From NCBI RefSeq assembly GCF_030684315.1, contig NC_081391.1, positions 13,245,342-13,309,341 on the forward strand: a stretch of 64,000 bases of DNA, written 5' to 3'. The notes beneath the pieces are model-generated. The model did no database searches, had not been told where the DNA came from, and saw only the letters and a program-made list of their open reading frames with translations. Positions 24,936-37,853 of the stretch are shown one piece after another. This DNA comes from Stegostoma tigrinum. Its lineage: Eukaryota. Made by a program: the position numbers and the translations under genes. Positions within the stretch are counted from its first letter, which is position 1, and every line of letters starts with the position of its first letter.

Positions 24936-27900
24936 CAGGAAGTCTGATTCTGAGGCTTAACTGTTCTTCTTTCCCCCCTCCAGAAGCCAGAGAGGGATGA
25001 GTAGGGTAACAGCCTGCAGGCAATGCAAGTTCTCCTGGATCTGGAGAAGAACGTGAACCAGAGTTTGTTGGATCTACCCCAACTCGCCACAGCCCAGACT
25101 GACCCTCATGTAAGCTTCACCTCTTCATTCTCACCACTGCCATGCCTCCTCAACTTCATTGGTTGATCTTTGTGGAGTGGAAAGTCACAGACGTAACTCT
25201 GTCCAGATGCTACATTGTCATCATAATTATGTTATTAAGGTACAATGTTACAACTGCTCAACACTGAACTGAAATAGGAATTTGGATTACAGTCTAGTGG
25301 GAATGCTGATGTGATTTTTGGCTGCTGAATTGGGGATTGTTGCACTATACAATACAACTTGGAGCTCTTTCAGAAGGTGAGATGGATCAGCTGAAATGTT
25401 GTCGTCACTGGCATCAATTCTCCACCTGGTAGCTAGATTTTCAGGGCTGTCTAGAGCTAGTTATGGCTAAGGGTTTTTCAGTGGGAATTATGAAATTGTC
25501 TTGGACAGTGTTAATGCACTCAGTTGTCATCTTCCTCTGTTGCAGCTGAGACTTCCTGGAGACTCACTATTTGGATGAGGAGGTGGAGATCATCAAGCAA
25601 CTGGGTGACTACATCACCAACCTGAAGCACCTGGGAGCCCCTGAGAATGGGATGGAAGAGTACCTGTTTGACAGGCTCTCCCTGGAGGACAGCAGTTAGT
25701 GTGGCCTGGAGCACTGTCTACTTGGTCTGAATGCATGCCCCACTTCACCCTGGCCAACCTGTCTCCTTCCAAGGAGAAGGGACTTGGAGCAAAGAATGTA
25801 ATGGCTGTACCAGCTGAATGGGAATGAATAAAATGATGTGTTGATCTTGCTTATTGTCCATCATTCAGAGAACTGGGTGGTGTCTCTCGAGAGCTTGAAG
25901 CCTGTAATCTTTCTGTAGTTTGATTGGCTGGTCCAATTACAATTGGACATGAGACTAATTCACTGGGTCTTTTGACAATTTCCCCACCTCACTGGTCAGG
26001 GATAATGAGATGGAGTGCCTCCTTTGTGTGAAACAAGATATTCCCCTCCCACCAGAATTTGAGGTTGTGGTTTGATGCTGTTGGCCGAGAAAACGTTTTC
26101 GACAATGACTAGCATACTGTTGGATGTGGTGTGCACAATTGTAGTTAACAGAACGTGGAATTCCTTTTGCAAAAGCAACTTCCCACACCTTTTATCAAAA
26201 GCTAGGACCAGGCCCCAACATTCTGCAAATTAGGGAAATTTTAACTTGTACATGGATAAGGCATGGAAAAATTAACGTTAAATACCTTTCCTCATCAGCC
26301 TCCCTGAACAGTACCTTACACTCCAAGTGACAGAAATCACAATTTGACGACAAAACTAACTAATCTGCTGGCTGGATCAGCTCAGCCGAAGGAGGTGAGA
26401 TATCGGGATGTGTTTCCTTGCCAGGGGCAGGAACCAGCTCTTTGGGAGAGGATACCACTTCAGCTGGTCTGCTATTCATTGTGACTCGGGCCCTAACATG
26501 ACGTGACGAGTATATTCTATTCTCAGTTCTCAGCATTGTTGTCTCCTTTGTTTCTGTTACTTTTTTCTTTACACCCCCCTCCCCCACAACCATGTGTGCA
26601 GCCCAACAGCGTTGGGTGCTGGTAAAGGGTCAAACCAGGACCAGCAGTCAAGGTGGTGGGGGGTGGGGTGCCACGTGCCACTCTCTAAAACCCATTCACC
26701 CTTCCCTTGTTACACGTCTCCACCAGTTGGCAATGCTCACCAGTTGATTCCTCCTTCAGTCTGAGTTACCACACGGTGACACTTCAGGGGATTTTATATC
26801 CACTTCAGCTCCAAAAGGAGTCAATGCCCATGGTTGCTGGGGGCAGTATGCGCAGAAGCAATCCCAATTTGTCCGAATGTGGCTCCCTTATTCCACTTTC
26901 TTTCCCTATCCTTGCACTTACTCTACCGCTTCATCCAAGGAAAAATTTTCAAGCCTACCACCCCCAAGACCTGGGAAAGTGCAGCCCAAATTTTCACAGC
27001 AGCCTCTATCAGACAGTCAGCTCACATTCACCTGAGCTGTATGGGCGTATAATGCCTGCTCTTGATGCCACCCACAGTGGCAGTGTCTTGAGCATAGCAT
27101 AGCACAGCAGCGCTCCTGGTTAAATGTTGCCATTTGATTGGCTCTTGCTGCTAAAGCCTGCATTGAGCGCACTAAGCTGCTCCTTTGGTTCCTCTGAGCT
27201 TCCCCCACGGTGAGCGTTACTCCTGATGCAGGTTAATTGGGTGAAATCACATTGAAGGAGCAGTGTGACTCGGAGAGGAGACCTGGAGATGCTGATTTTC
27301 CTGTCCCCCTGCTTCCCTTATCTTTCGAGGGGTCAGAGATCCTGGGTTAGGGAGGGGGCTATCAGAGACATCCTGAGGATTGTTCCAGGGAGTTTTGTAG
27401 CGAGTGCACACTGCAGCCTGCATGAGGGTGTGGGTCTTTAAGGCACTGAGCGTGTTTGTTCCTCCACAGAGAGCAGTTTAATTGCAGCAAATTGAAGTCT
27501 TGGCTGGAGAATCCCAATAGTGCAGCAAGAGGATATTAGGCCCATTAAATCTGCATCGACCCACTGAACCACATCCTGCTCAGACCCAACCCATTTGCTT
27601 AACCCCACGGACAATCGAATTACCTTGGATGCGCATTGTCACTATGGGGCTATTTAGTATTACCAACCCACCTACCCTGCAAATCATTGGGCTGTGTGAA
27701 GAAACTCAAGCACCTGGAGGAAATCCACGCAGGCCATCAGCCAGGGGTAGAATCGAACCTGGGTCCCTGGCACTGAGGCGCCAAAACATTCTAAAGTACC
27801 AAAGGGAAGGAATGCACTGTGGCAAACTACGTCATGGGAATAGACTCTGCAGCCCAGCCCGAACTTGCAGACCAGGTTTTCATAAACTGTGCAGTGCCAT

Positions 27901-29081
27901 TTGCCTACATTTGGCCCATCTTTCTCTAAACCGTTCCTTTCCATGTAAATCTCCAAATGTCACTTAAATGTTGTAATTCTATCCACCTCGACCACTTCCT
28001 CTGGCAGCTCGTTCCATGCACGTACCACCCTCTGTGTGAAAATGTTGTCCCTCACGCCCCTTTTAAATCCTTCCCCCTCTCCCATCAAACCGGTGCCCTC
28101 TAGTTTTGGACCCCCCTACCCTGTCCCAGCATGCTTTTTATATACAGTCAATCTTGAGTGTGCCAATGGCAAGGCTACATTTAGTGCTCAGCAACTGTTC
28201 CACTTCAGGAGGTGGTGATGAGCTGGTTATTACAATCCACCTGGTGTCGGCGAGACCGGAATGATGCTGCTGCTGCTGCTGAGGAGGGGCTTCTGGGATT
28301 TTCGTTCACAAACAGGGATAGTGTTCCAAGTCAGGATGGTGACAGATTTACATGGAGCTGCTTGAGTGTCGTCGGAGCTGCCTCAAGCGAGAACATTGTA
28401 AACTATTCCAGCACTACTCCCAACTTCAGCCTTATTGACGGTGGACCGGTTTTGGAAACTCAGGAGTTGAGTACTTCCTGACAGAATTCCCAGCATCTGA
28501 ATTCCCAGTTTCTGAGCTGTACCATCTACAGAACGCAATGTATACAGGACCAGAAATTCCTCACTTGGAAACCTGCTGGGGTTAATCGCTAGTTCTACTT
28601 CAAACAATGAAAAACGAAACTGGGAGACAGAAATGTTCAACGTGCGATACATTTCTAGCAGCAACTGAGACATAGAGGCCTGAGGCCTACTGTGTAGAAG
28701 AGGCACTCAGCACATTTAGCGTTTTGCTTTTCAAACTGGGCCTTCAAGGTCAAGGTCAGGGAGATCACATCAGATGCAGATTGGATCCACAAAGTACATC
28801 AGTTGCCTGTTTTAGATGATCCAAAAGCACATTATTTCTGTTGCGGCACAGAAATAGGAAAATGTTCAGATCAACCAAATCGAGCCATTTTTCAAAGAGC
28901 TCCAACACCAATGTTCAAAAATTATGACGACTAATCCCTCAGAATAACAATCTGACAGAATTCTGCAAATCTGTGATGAATGTGTCTTAACGCACAACTT
29001 CAGATACAGACGTGAAGTTTTAGAGCATACTTTATTCTCATTTTCAGGGAGATGTCCTCCCAGAATTTGCACTTGTTCAGG

Positions 29082-29270
29082 AGGTCAAAGATCATTTCAG
29101 CAATTTCATCATCAACCACTCATCAATTCTGATTGGTTTTTTGACCCGATTCCCATCCTGCACTGATTGGATGTGGCAGCTGATCAATTGATTAACAAGA
29201 GTGTTTGGCCATCACTGATGATCTCATTTCCTGCTTCATAAAATGAGTGTTGGCTCCTCGGGTATAAATA
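29082..29270 (+). promoter_or_regulatory. Core promoter of ferritin copy E
   Basis: DR1 variant AGGTCAAAGATCA 29082-29094, ATTGG boxes, TATAAATA 29263-29270. Confidence 0.7.
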
Positions 29271-29356
29271 GAGTCCCAGGGCAGGGATGTTTATTGTTGT
29301 TCTTAACTTTGTTATTTTTGTGGTGTGGAAACTAAAGCAAGCTTTTCCTTTATATG

Positions 29357-32300
29357 ATGGCATCCCAGATCATGCAGAACTATCACCAGGATTGTGAAGC
29401 TGCTGTCAACAAGCAGATTAATGTGGAGCTCACTGCCTCCTATCTCTATCAGTCTTTGGTGAGTGGAGTCTCTGTTGGGTGAAACATACTTCTGTTCTGT
29501 TGAAGTGAACTCTACCCCTTGGATGTAATTAAGTTGTCTATCTTATAGACTGAGTTTTGTGGCTCCTACCTCTTTCTCAATGCAGGATGAGTGTGATGTT
29601 ACTGTAACAATAGTTTGGTGTCCAATGTTACTCTAACTTGGGTCCCAGTTGGTTGTCAGTGAGATGTGGAGTGTTCTTGTAGTTACTTGCCTGTCCCATG
29701 ATGGTGCTGTGACTGGTGGTAATTATAGCTTCCTGTGGCTGTTTGAAACTTGAGGGAACTAATTTAAAAATGAATTGGGACTAACCATTGTGGGAATGGA
29801 AGCACCATCAGCTAGTCACTGCTCTTCTTTTCCTTCTTGTATCCTTGCTTGTATTTGAATTTTGTGGTGATCCCAACTTAACATCTCAAATAATCTTGAG
29901 AATCTTGATTTCCTATTGCAATCAGCTTAGAATAGGCTTGTTCTAGCCCTACAGAGCTGGGCTGAGAGGTGGCAAATGGAGTTTAATGCAGACAAGTGTG
30001 AGGTGATGCACTTTGGTAGGAGTAACCGGAAGGCAAAGCACGAGGCTAATGGTAAGATTCTTAGTAATGTAGATGAGCAGAGAGATCTCGGTGTCCACGT
30101 AAACAGGTCCTTGAAAGTTGCCATCCAGGTTGACAGGGCGGTTAAGAAGGCAGTGTTTTCTCTTTGATTAATAGAGGCATTGAGTTCTGGAACCAAGAGG
30201 TTATGGTGAAGCTGTACCAAACTCTGGTGTGGCTGCACTTGTAGTATTGTATACAGTTCTGGTCACTGCATTATAAGGATGTGGAAGCTTTGGCAAGAGT
30301 GCAGAGGAGGTTTACTAGGATGTTGCCTGGTATCGAGGGAAGCTCTTATGAGGGAAGACTGAGGGACTTGAGGCTGTCTTCATTGGTGAGAAGGTTGAGA
30401 GTTGACTTAATTGAAACATATAATATTCTGAGGGTTGGAAAGGGAAATCCTCTTTCTGCGGACGGTGAGCATGAGGGGGCATAGCTGTAAATTGAGGGAT
30501 GATAGATATAGGACAGATGTCTGAGGTAGTTTCTTTACTCAGTAGTAAGGGAATGGAATGCTTTGCCTGTGACGGTAGTAGATTTGCCAACTTTAGGTAC
30601 ATTTAAGTCGTCATTGGACAAGCATATGGACGTACAGGGAATAGTCTAGGTTAGATGGGCTTGAGATCAGTATGACAAGTTGACACAACATCTAGGGCCT
30701 GTACTGTGCTGTTATGTTCTAGTTTCAGATTAAACTGGGTGAGGTTGTGACTGGTATCTGATCAAGCAGATCTCCATTTGAGATCTACTTTGCTTTTTTT
30801 CATACTCATGAGGTGGGTGTGGGCTGTCTGTATATGAAGTGTTGGAGCTTTTCCAAGGCACGGCACTGCCGTGGGGCTGAGAATGTGCGGAGGGTACTGA
30901 CCCAGTGAATATGGAAAAAATAGCTTATTCCTGTTGTATTTGGCCTGACTCTAACTAGCCCCTCTTTCCCCAGGTGGTTGGGTGCCTGTGCCCTTCCAAG
31001 GGGTAGAATGTGTTTAGAAGGTGTTAGAAGTAACCTTAGTGAGTGTTGCCGGGTGCTCTCTGGGCTTGTGCTTGTCAGCAGGAAGTCCTGTCATGATGAG
31101 GATCAAGTCCCTGTCAGCCCCACTTTGGGAGGTGGCAACAGCTTTCATTGAGCCACCAGTTCAGTTTTAATCGCTGACCCATGTTCCTAACACAACTTGG
31201 AAGCATGTCCCAAGAGTAAAATCTCCACTATTCTACATCTTCTAACTGCCCATTTAAATGGGCAATGATAAATTGTGCTTGTGTTTGCATTTGACAATTA
31301 AAGCAACTTTTTTCAGCAGGATTCCCAAGAATGTGTGTCTTAGTAGCTGCTTCCAATAGCAGACCTGGTAAACCTGAATACATTGAATTGTGAACATCCT
31401 GGTTTAGAAATCTACAGGACTTTGCCTGTTGGATTAAGTCAACAGTAGCATTTCCACGTTACTGTTTTAATAAGTGATGTTGTCTAGAGAGTAGGTGATC
31501 TGCAGGTCACTGTCATATTTGTCATGTGATCAGTTTGTTTTGTCAATCATTGTTTCATGTGTAATGGTACAAGTTGCTAGCAGTCTCAGTACAGCTGTTT
31601 TAGTTGCAGCAGTAAACTGTATCTAGAACAATCCAAAGACTGTCCCGAGGCAGGCTTTCCTTGGCAGATTCTTGGTGCCCATGTCCTTCATTCATCCCTT
31701 CCCCCTCACCCCAGCCACCCCACTACTGCAGCCCTTGTCAACCTAATACAGTGCATCCAATTGCATTGATCCTGACTAAGCAGAAAATGTGCTCCTTCCT
31801 AGCTGTTAGTTGCAGTGATGGGATCTGTTTTCTGGCCTTTGCCAAAGGAGCAATAGCGTGCCCTGCAGCTGTTCTATTGGTGCACATCCTGCATTCCAGC
31901 TTCTGGCATTTCTTGAAACCCTATTCAATCAGTAATTTATCCCATTTCTGGTGGAGGTTAATCAGTAAAAACATCAATTCACACTTGTTCTCACCCAATG
32001 CTGTGCCAGACCCACTGAGCAATTTGCCAGGAGTTTCAAACCAAAATAAAACACATGGTGTTTACAGCTTACCTGGAGGAAGCTGGGATTGTTTTGATTT
32101 TTCCAATTCAACAGGAACTGCTCAAAACTGGGTTCTGAATTGTTAATGCATCAGGTACTTAACAGCTTATTGTCAGTCTGATTTTTAGAATGCTCAAGTA
32201 GCCCTGGAGCTCTGAACTAAAATTGGCCCGTGACTTGTTAATGGGCTTTACCTTGATCTCCCTTCCAGATGTCCTACTTTGACCGGGATGATGTTGCCCT

Positions 32301-34530
32301 CCCCCATGTCTCCCGCTTCTTCAAACATCAGTCCCAGGAGAAGCGGGAACATGCAGAGAAGCTGCTGAAATTCCAGAATCAGCGTGGAGGCCGGGTCCTC
32401 CTCCAGGATGTGAAGGTTGGAGTTGGGTGGGGTGGGGGTTGGGATGGTAATGGCTGCTCTTGTGGTGTGGTTTCAAGTCAGTGACAAGATTTTCATTTGA
32501 GTCAAAACTTTGTTCGGCCTGTTTGATCTCCTTTTTGAAGCCAGTGTAGAAAGAAGCCCTTTGGCCCACCATGTCTTTGCTGACCCCCCCAAACACTAAA
32601 GCACATTAATCCCATTTATCTTCCCTTGGTCCACAGGCCACTGTCCTGGCACTATGTACTTGTCCAGCTGGACCTTAAACTGATCTGGAGTAGCTGACTC
32701 CACCACCATCCAACCCTTTATGTGGTTCATCTCATATTTCTAACCTCCCCCTCGGAGGAGGGTGAAGAGAACGTTTCCTCCAATCCCCTCTAACCTGCTT
32801 ACTCCACAAACCTGGTTTCTCTCTGGTCTTGCTGTCTGCCATGGGGAAGACATTCCATCAACTGGCCACTCTCTATTCTTCAATAGTTACATCAGGTCAC
32901 TCCCTCAGCCGTTCCTGCTCCACAGAAAATCCCAGCCTATCTAACCTCCAATCAATGGATCTTGGGCAACAGCCTGGGGAACCTCACCAGCTTCCCCCTG
33001 CAGTGCCATCCTGTCCTTGTGACTGGTGAGGCCAAAGAGGGAATAATGTGGTGACTAGAAGAACAAACTGTGACAAGACTGGCCCCCTTCCTGTTCCACC
33101 ACACCCAACTAATAGAGGTTGCTTGCCCTCTGTCACTGTTACACCCTGTTGACCTTGTCTGAACTTTGAGGGATCTATGGTTTTGGGCCTTTCTTAACTG
33201 TTAGCAGCACAACACACTTTGCAAACACCTCGCTGTCCCTTGGATGAATTAAATAGCCGTGATGTTTCTGATCATCCTGCTCAGGCATGTATGAAGCCAC
33301 CAGCACAAGTGGTACTTGAACCTTGGCCTTGTCAGCCAGAGACAGGGGCACTACCACTGTACCATGACAGCATTTAGGATTCACTCGTGAATATCCTCGC
33401 AATTCCATCAGATGGACCCTGATGCAAATCTTGTCATTATCCCCCACAATGACCTGTTATTCAACTTCCTCCTTCAGATCAAGGACCGACAGGCAAGGTG
33501 AAAGCAATTCTGAAGGAACTGTTCTTCAGCTGTGCTCCAGGGCTCCCTCAGGGGCTAGCAGTGTTCTCAGTGCTAGGGACGCAGGTTTTGATCTGGCCTC
33601 TGGTGAGGGACTGGTGTTTACATGTCCTCCCCATGTCTGCGTTGGTGTCCTCATAGTATAAGAGGATTGGCCATCTGAAATGCAGGGTTACAGGAATAGA
33701 GGGGGAGTGGGATGAGCTGGGATGCATTTCAGAGCAGTTCTGCACTGATCGATGTTGTAGAGATTCTGAAGCTTCACTTTCCTTCTTTCCATCCTCAGAA
33801 GCCAGAGAGGGATGAGTGGGGTAACAGCCTGCAGGCGATGCAGGTTGCCCTGGATCTGGAGAAGAATGTGAACCAGAGTTTGCTGGATCTTCACCAACTT
33901 GCCACAGCCCAGACTGACCCTCATGTAAGCTTCACCACTTCATTCTCTTCACTGCTGGTCACTCAGGGCAACACCTTCAATGGTTGGTCTTTTGTGGATT
34001 AGAAGTTGCCTGCTGTCTCAGACAAGTACCATTTGGATCTCTTCAGATCTGTACCAATGCTTATAATCTGATCAGCTCAGCAATCAAGTAAAATGGGAAT
34101 TTGGATTATAATCTAGTAGGAGTGATGAAGTGATATTGGCCACTGAATGCTCATCCAGGATTATTGCAGTGGAATGATCACTATCCATCATAATCCAACA
34201 CAGCATCACTTAACAAACTGCAAGAGCAGTTGAAATACATGGTCCTCACTGGCATAGTCTCCAGGTGTTAGGTTTTCAGGGTAGTCTCGAGCTCATATGG
34301 CTGAGTGTTTTGCAGTAGGAAATCTGAGGTTGTCTTGGATAGCATTAATGTAGCAAGTTGTCATATTCTTGCAGCTGTGTGACTTCCTGGAGACTCACTA
34401 TTTGGATGAGGAGGTGGAGATCATCAAGCAACTCGGGGACTACATCACCAACCTGAAGCGCCTGGGAGCCCCTGAGAATGGGATGGGAGAGTACCTGTTT
34501 GACAGGCTCTCCCTGGAGGACAGCAGTTAG
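29357..34530 (+). CDS. Ferritin subunit (L/M-like, 176 aa), copy E, intact 4-exon gene
   Basis: Exons 29357-29458, 32269-32415, 33799-33924 and 34375-34530, GT-AG and with no stops. An extra in-frame ATG lies at 29354. AATAAA at 34660-34665. Confidence 0.93.
29949..30721 (+). mobile_element. 5'-truncated CR1 LINE in intron 1 of copy E
   Basis: [17 protein letters not shown] and [12 protein letters not shown] translations. Same insertion site as in C and F. Confidence 0.9.
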
Positions 34531-37500
34531 TGTGGCCTGGAGTACTGTCTGCTTGGTCTGAATGCATTCCCCACTTCACCCTGGACAACCTGTCTCCTTC
34601 CAAGGAGAAGGGACTTTTGTAGCAAAGAATGTAATGGCTGTACCAGCTAAATGGAAATGAATAAAATGATGTGTTGATCTTGCTTATTGTCCATCATTCA
34701 GAGCTCTGAATACTTTGGGTGATAGCTCTTGCTTGAAGCCAATTTGTTTTCTGTCATTTGATTGGTCCAATTTCTAATTGGATTCGGCAACCCTTCACAG
34801 AATCGCTCACTATCCCCACATTAGAATGTAACTAGATGGAGTGTTTTTTTGGTTAGTCCTGTGGAAATTGAAGGTGTTTCTCCTCCAAATAGGATAAGGT
34901 TGGGATTTGTCAATTGTGGCACTGGCTTTCTTCTAGAGGACAATTAGTGCGCTTCTGGATATGGTGGGTTCAACTGTAGCTCAAAGAAATTGTCTTCCTC
35001 TGGTGCCAGGAAGTTCCCACACCGTCCAAAGAGACTTCTCTACCCAGCCTGATAGAATTTGGGATAGTGGTGTTCAATTGCACATTTCCCTTGAAATCTC
35101 TTCCCCGCCTCAGCCATCCTGCGTACTCAATTATTGCCTGAATGATGACAGCAACAAAAAGTGAAGACAGCCCTTTATCTACTGACCCAGCTTCCTGATC
35201 ACAAAGGTCTAAAGGAAGAGGCCCAGCAGGCTCTGATTTCAATCCAGCTGGCGGAAGCAGCAGAGGTGTGAAACAATCTCGACTGCCTGGTATATCTTTT
35301 TTTTTCCCCCATTGGGCCCTACCCTGACCAAAACACACTATATTCTCAGTATTGTTACTTTTGGTTTCACCATCCCAAACTGTGGCTGGAGCTCTTTCTC
35401 TTCCGCTTCTCCTCACTTCGCTCACCCCGCCCTCCCCCCACCCGACCTTTTCTATCCACGTGCCCCACCAGCCTAAACATTCACCACAGCCCCTTTCCCT
35501 GGGAGTCAGCTCAAGACATTCACCTGAACTGTACTGGATTATAATGCAGGGCCTCATTGCTGCTTACAGCAGGATAATAGGGACCTGGGAAGAACACAGC
35601 AATGCACCTGGTTAAATGCTGCTGTTTGATTGGCTCTTGTTGCTAAAGCCAGCATTGAGCACACTAAGCTGCTCCCTTCGTTCCTCTGAGCTTTCCCCCA
35701 TGGTGAACATTACTCCTGATGCAGGTTGATTGGGTGAAATCACATTGAAGGAGCAAAGTGGCTCGGAGAGGAGACATGGAGATGCTGACTTTCCTTTACG
35801 GCTGCTTCTTTTATCTTTCAAGGTGTCAGAGATCATGGGTTCGTGAGGGGGCTATCAGAGACATCCTGAGGATTGTTCCAGGGAGTTTTGTAGCGAGTGC
35901 ACACTGCAGCCTTCATCAAGGTTGGCGGGGGGGGGTGCTGCAGAGTCAAAAGGCGCTCAACATATTTGTTCCACCACATAAAGCAATTTATTTTTGGTGA
36001 AAATAAGTCTAGGCTACAGTAACCCTCAAGTGCAGGAAGGGACCATTAGCCCCATTAAATCTGCATCGACCTTCTGAACAGCATCCTCCTTAGACCCAAC
36101 CCCTTTGCCTTAACTCCACATTTCCCACGGCTAATCGACCTAGCCTGCAGGCCCGTGCTCACGATCGACAATCTGCAAATCATTGGGCTGTGTGAGGAAA
36201 CTCAAGCACCTGGAGGAAATCCACGCAGTCCATCACCCAGGGGTAGAATTGAACCTGGGTGCCTGGCACTGAGCCGCCAAAACATTCTAAAGTACCAAAG
36301 GAAAGGAATACACTGCGGCAAACTACGCCATGGGAATAGACTCTGCAGCGCAGCCCGAACTTGCAGACCAGGTTTTCATAAACTGTGTAGTGCCATTTGC
36401 CTACGTTTTGCCCATCTTTCTCTAAACCGTTCCTTTCCATGTAAATCTCCAAATGTCACTTAAATGTTGTAAATCTATCCACCTCGACCACTTCCTCTGG
36501 CAGCTCGTTCCATACACGCACCACCCTCTGTGTGACAATGTTGTCACTCACGCCCCTTTTAAATCTTGCCGCTCTCCCCTCAAACCGGTGCCCTCTAGTT
36601 TTGGACCCCCCCTACCGTGTCCCAGCATGCTTTTTATATACAGTCAATCTTGAGTGTGCCAATGGCAAGGCTACATTTAGTGCTCAGCAACTGTTACACT
36701 TCAGGAGGTGGTGATGAGCTGCTTATTACAGTCCACCTGGTGTCAGAGAGACCGGAATGATGCTGATGCTGCTGCTGTTGCTGAGGAGGGGCTCCTGGGA
36801 TTTTCATTCACAAACAGGGATATTGTTCCAAGTCAGGATGGTGACAGAGTTACATGGAGCTGCTTGAGTGTCGTTGGTCCTGCCTCCAGCGAGAACATTG
36901 TAAACTAATTCCAGCACTACTCCCAACTTCAGCCTTATTGAGGGTGGGCAGGTTTTGGAACCTCAGGAGTTGAGTACTTCCTGACAGAATTCCCAGCATC
37001 TGAATTCCCAGTTTCTGAGCTGTACCATCTAGAGAAGGCAATGTAAACAGAACCAGAAATTCTTCACTTGGAAACATGCTGGGGTGAATCACTAGTTCTA
37101 CTTCAAACAACGAAAAACGAAACTGGGAGACAGAAATGTTCAACGTGCAATACATTTCTAGCAGCAACTGAAACATAGAGGCCTGAGGCCTACTGTGTAG
37201 AAGAGGCACTCAGCACATTTAGCGTTTTGCTTTTCAAACTGGGCTTCAAGGTCAAGGTCAGGGAGATCACATCAGATGCAGATTGGATCCACAAAGTACA
37301 TCAGTTGCCTGTTTTAGATGATCCAAAAGCACATTATTTCTGTTGCTGCACAGAAATAGGAAAATGTTCTGATCAACCAAATCGAGCCATTTTTCAAAGA
37401 GCTCCAACACCAACGTTCAAAAATTATGACGACTAATCCCTCAGAATAGCAATCCGACAGAATTCTGCAAATCTGTGATGAATGTGTCTTAACGCACAAC

Positions 37501-37578
37501 CTCAGATACAGACGTGAAGTTTTAGAGAAAATTCTCATTTTCAGGGAGATGTCCTTCCAGAATTTGCCCTTGTGCGGG

Positions 37579-37767
37579 AGGTCAAAGGTCATTTCAGCAA
37601 TTTCATCATCAACCAGTTGTCAATTCTGATTGGTTTTTTGACCCAATTCCCATCCTGCACTGATTGGATGTGGCAGCTGATCAATTGATTAACAAGAGTG
37701 TTTGGCCATCACTGATGATCTCATTTCCTGCTTCATAAAATGAGTGTTGGCTCCTGGAGTATAAATA
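37579..37767 (+). promoter_or_regulatory. Core promoter of ferritin copy F
   Basis: Perfect DR1 37579-37591, ATTGG boxes, TATAAATA 37760-37767. Confidence 0.7.
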
Positions 37768-37853
37768 GAGTCCCACGGGAGGGATGTTTACTGTTGCTCT
37801 TAACTTTGTCATTTTTCTGGGGAGGAAAATAAAGCAAGTGTTTCCTTTACGAG

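Larger units (their letters stand above)
21556..25699 (+). pseudogene. Ferritin copy D pseudogene
   Basis: Exons 21556-21657, 23489-23641, 24984-25109 and 25546-25699. A 6-bp insertion creates TGA at 23618-23620, W>TAG at 25002-25004, a 2-bp deletion at the start of exon 4, and E61V and H65P substitutions. Confidence 0.93.
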
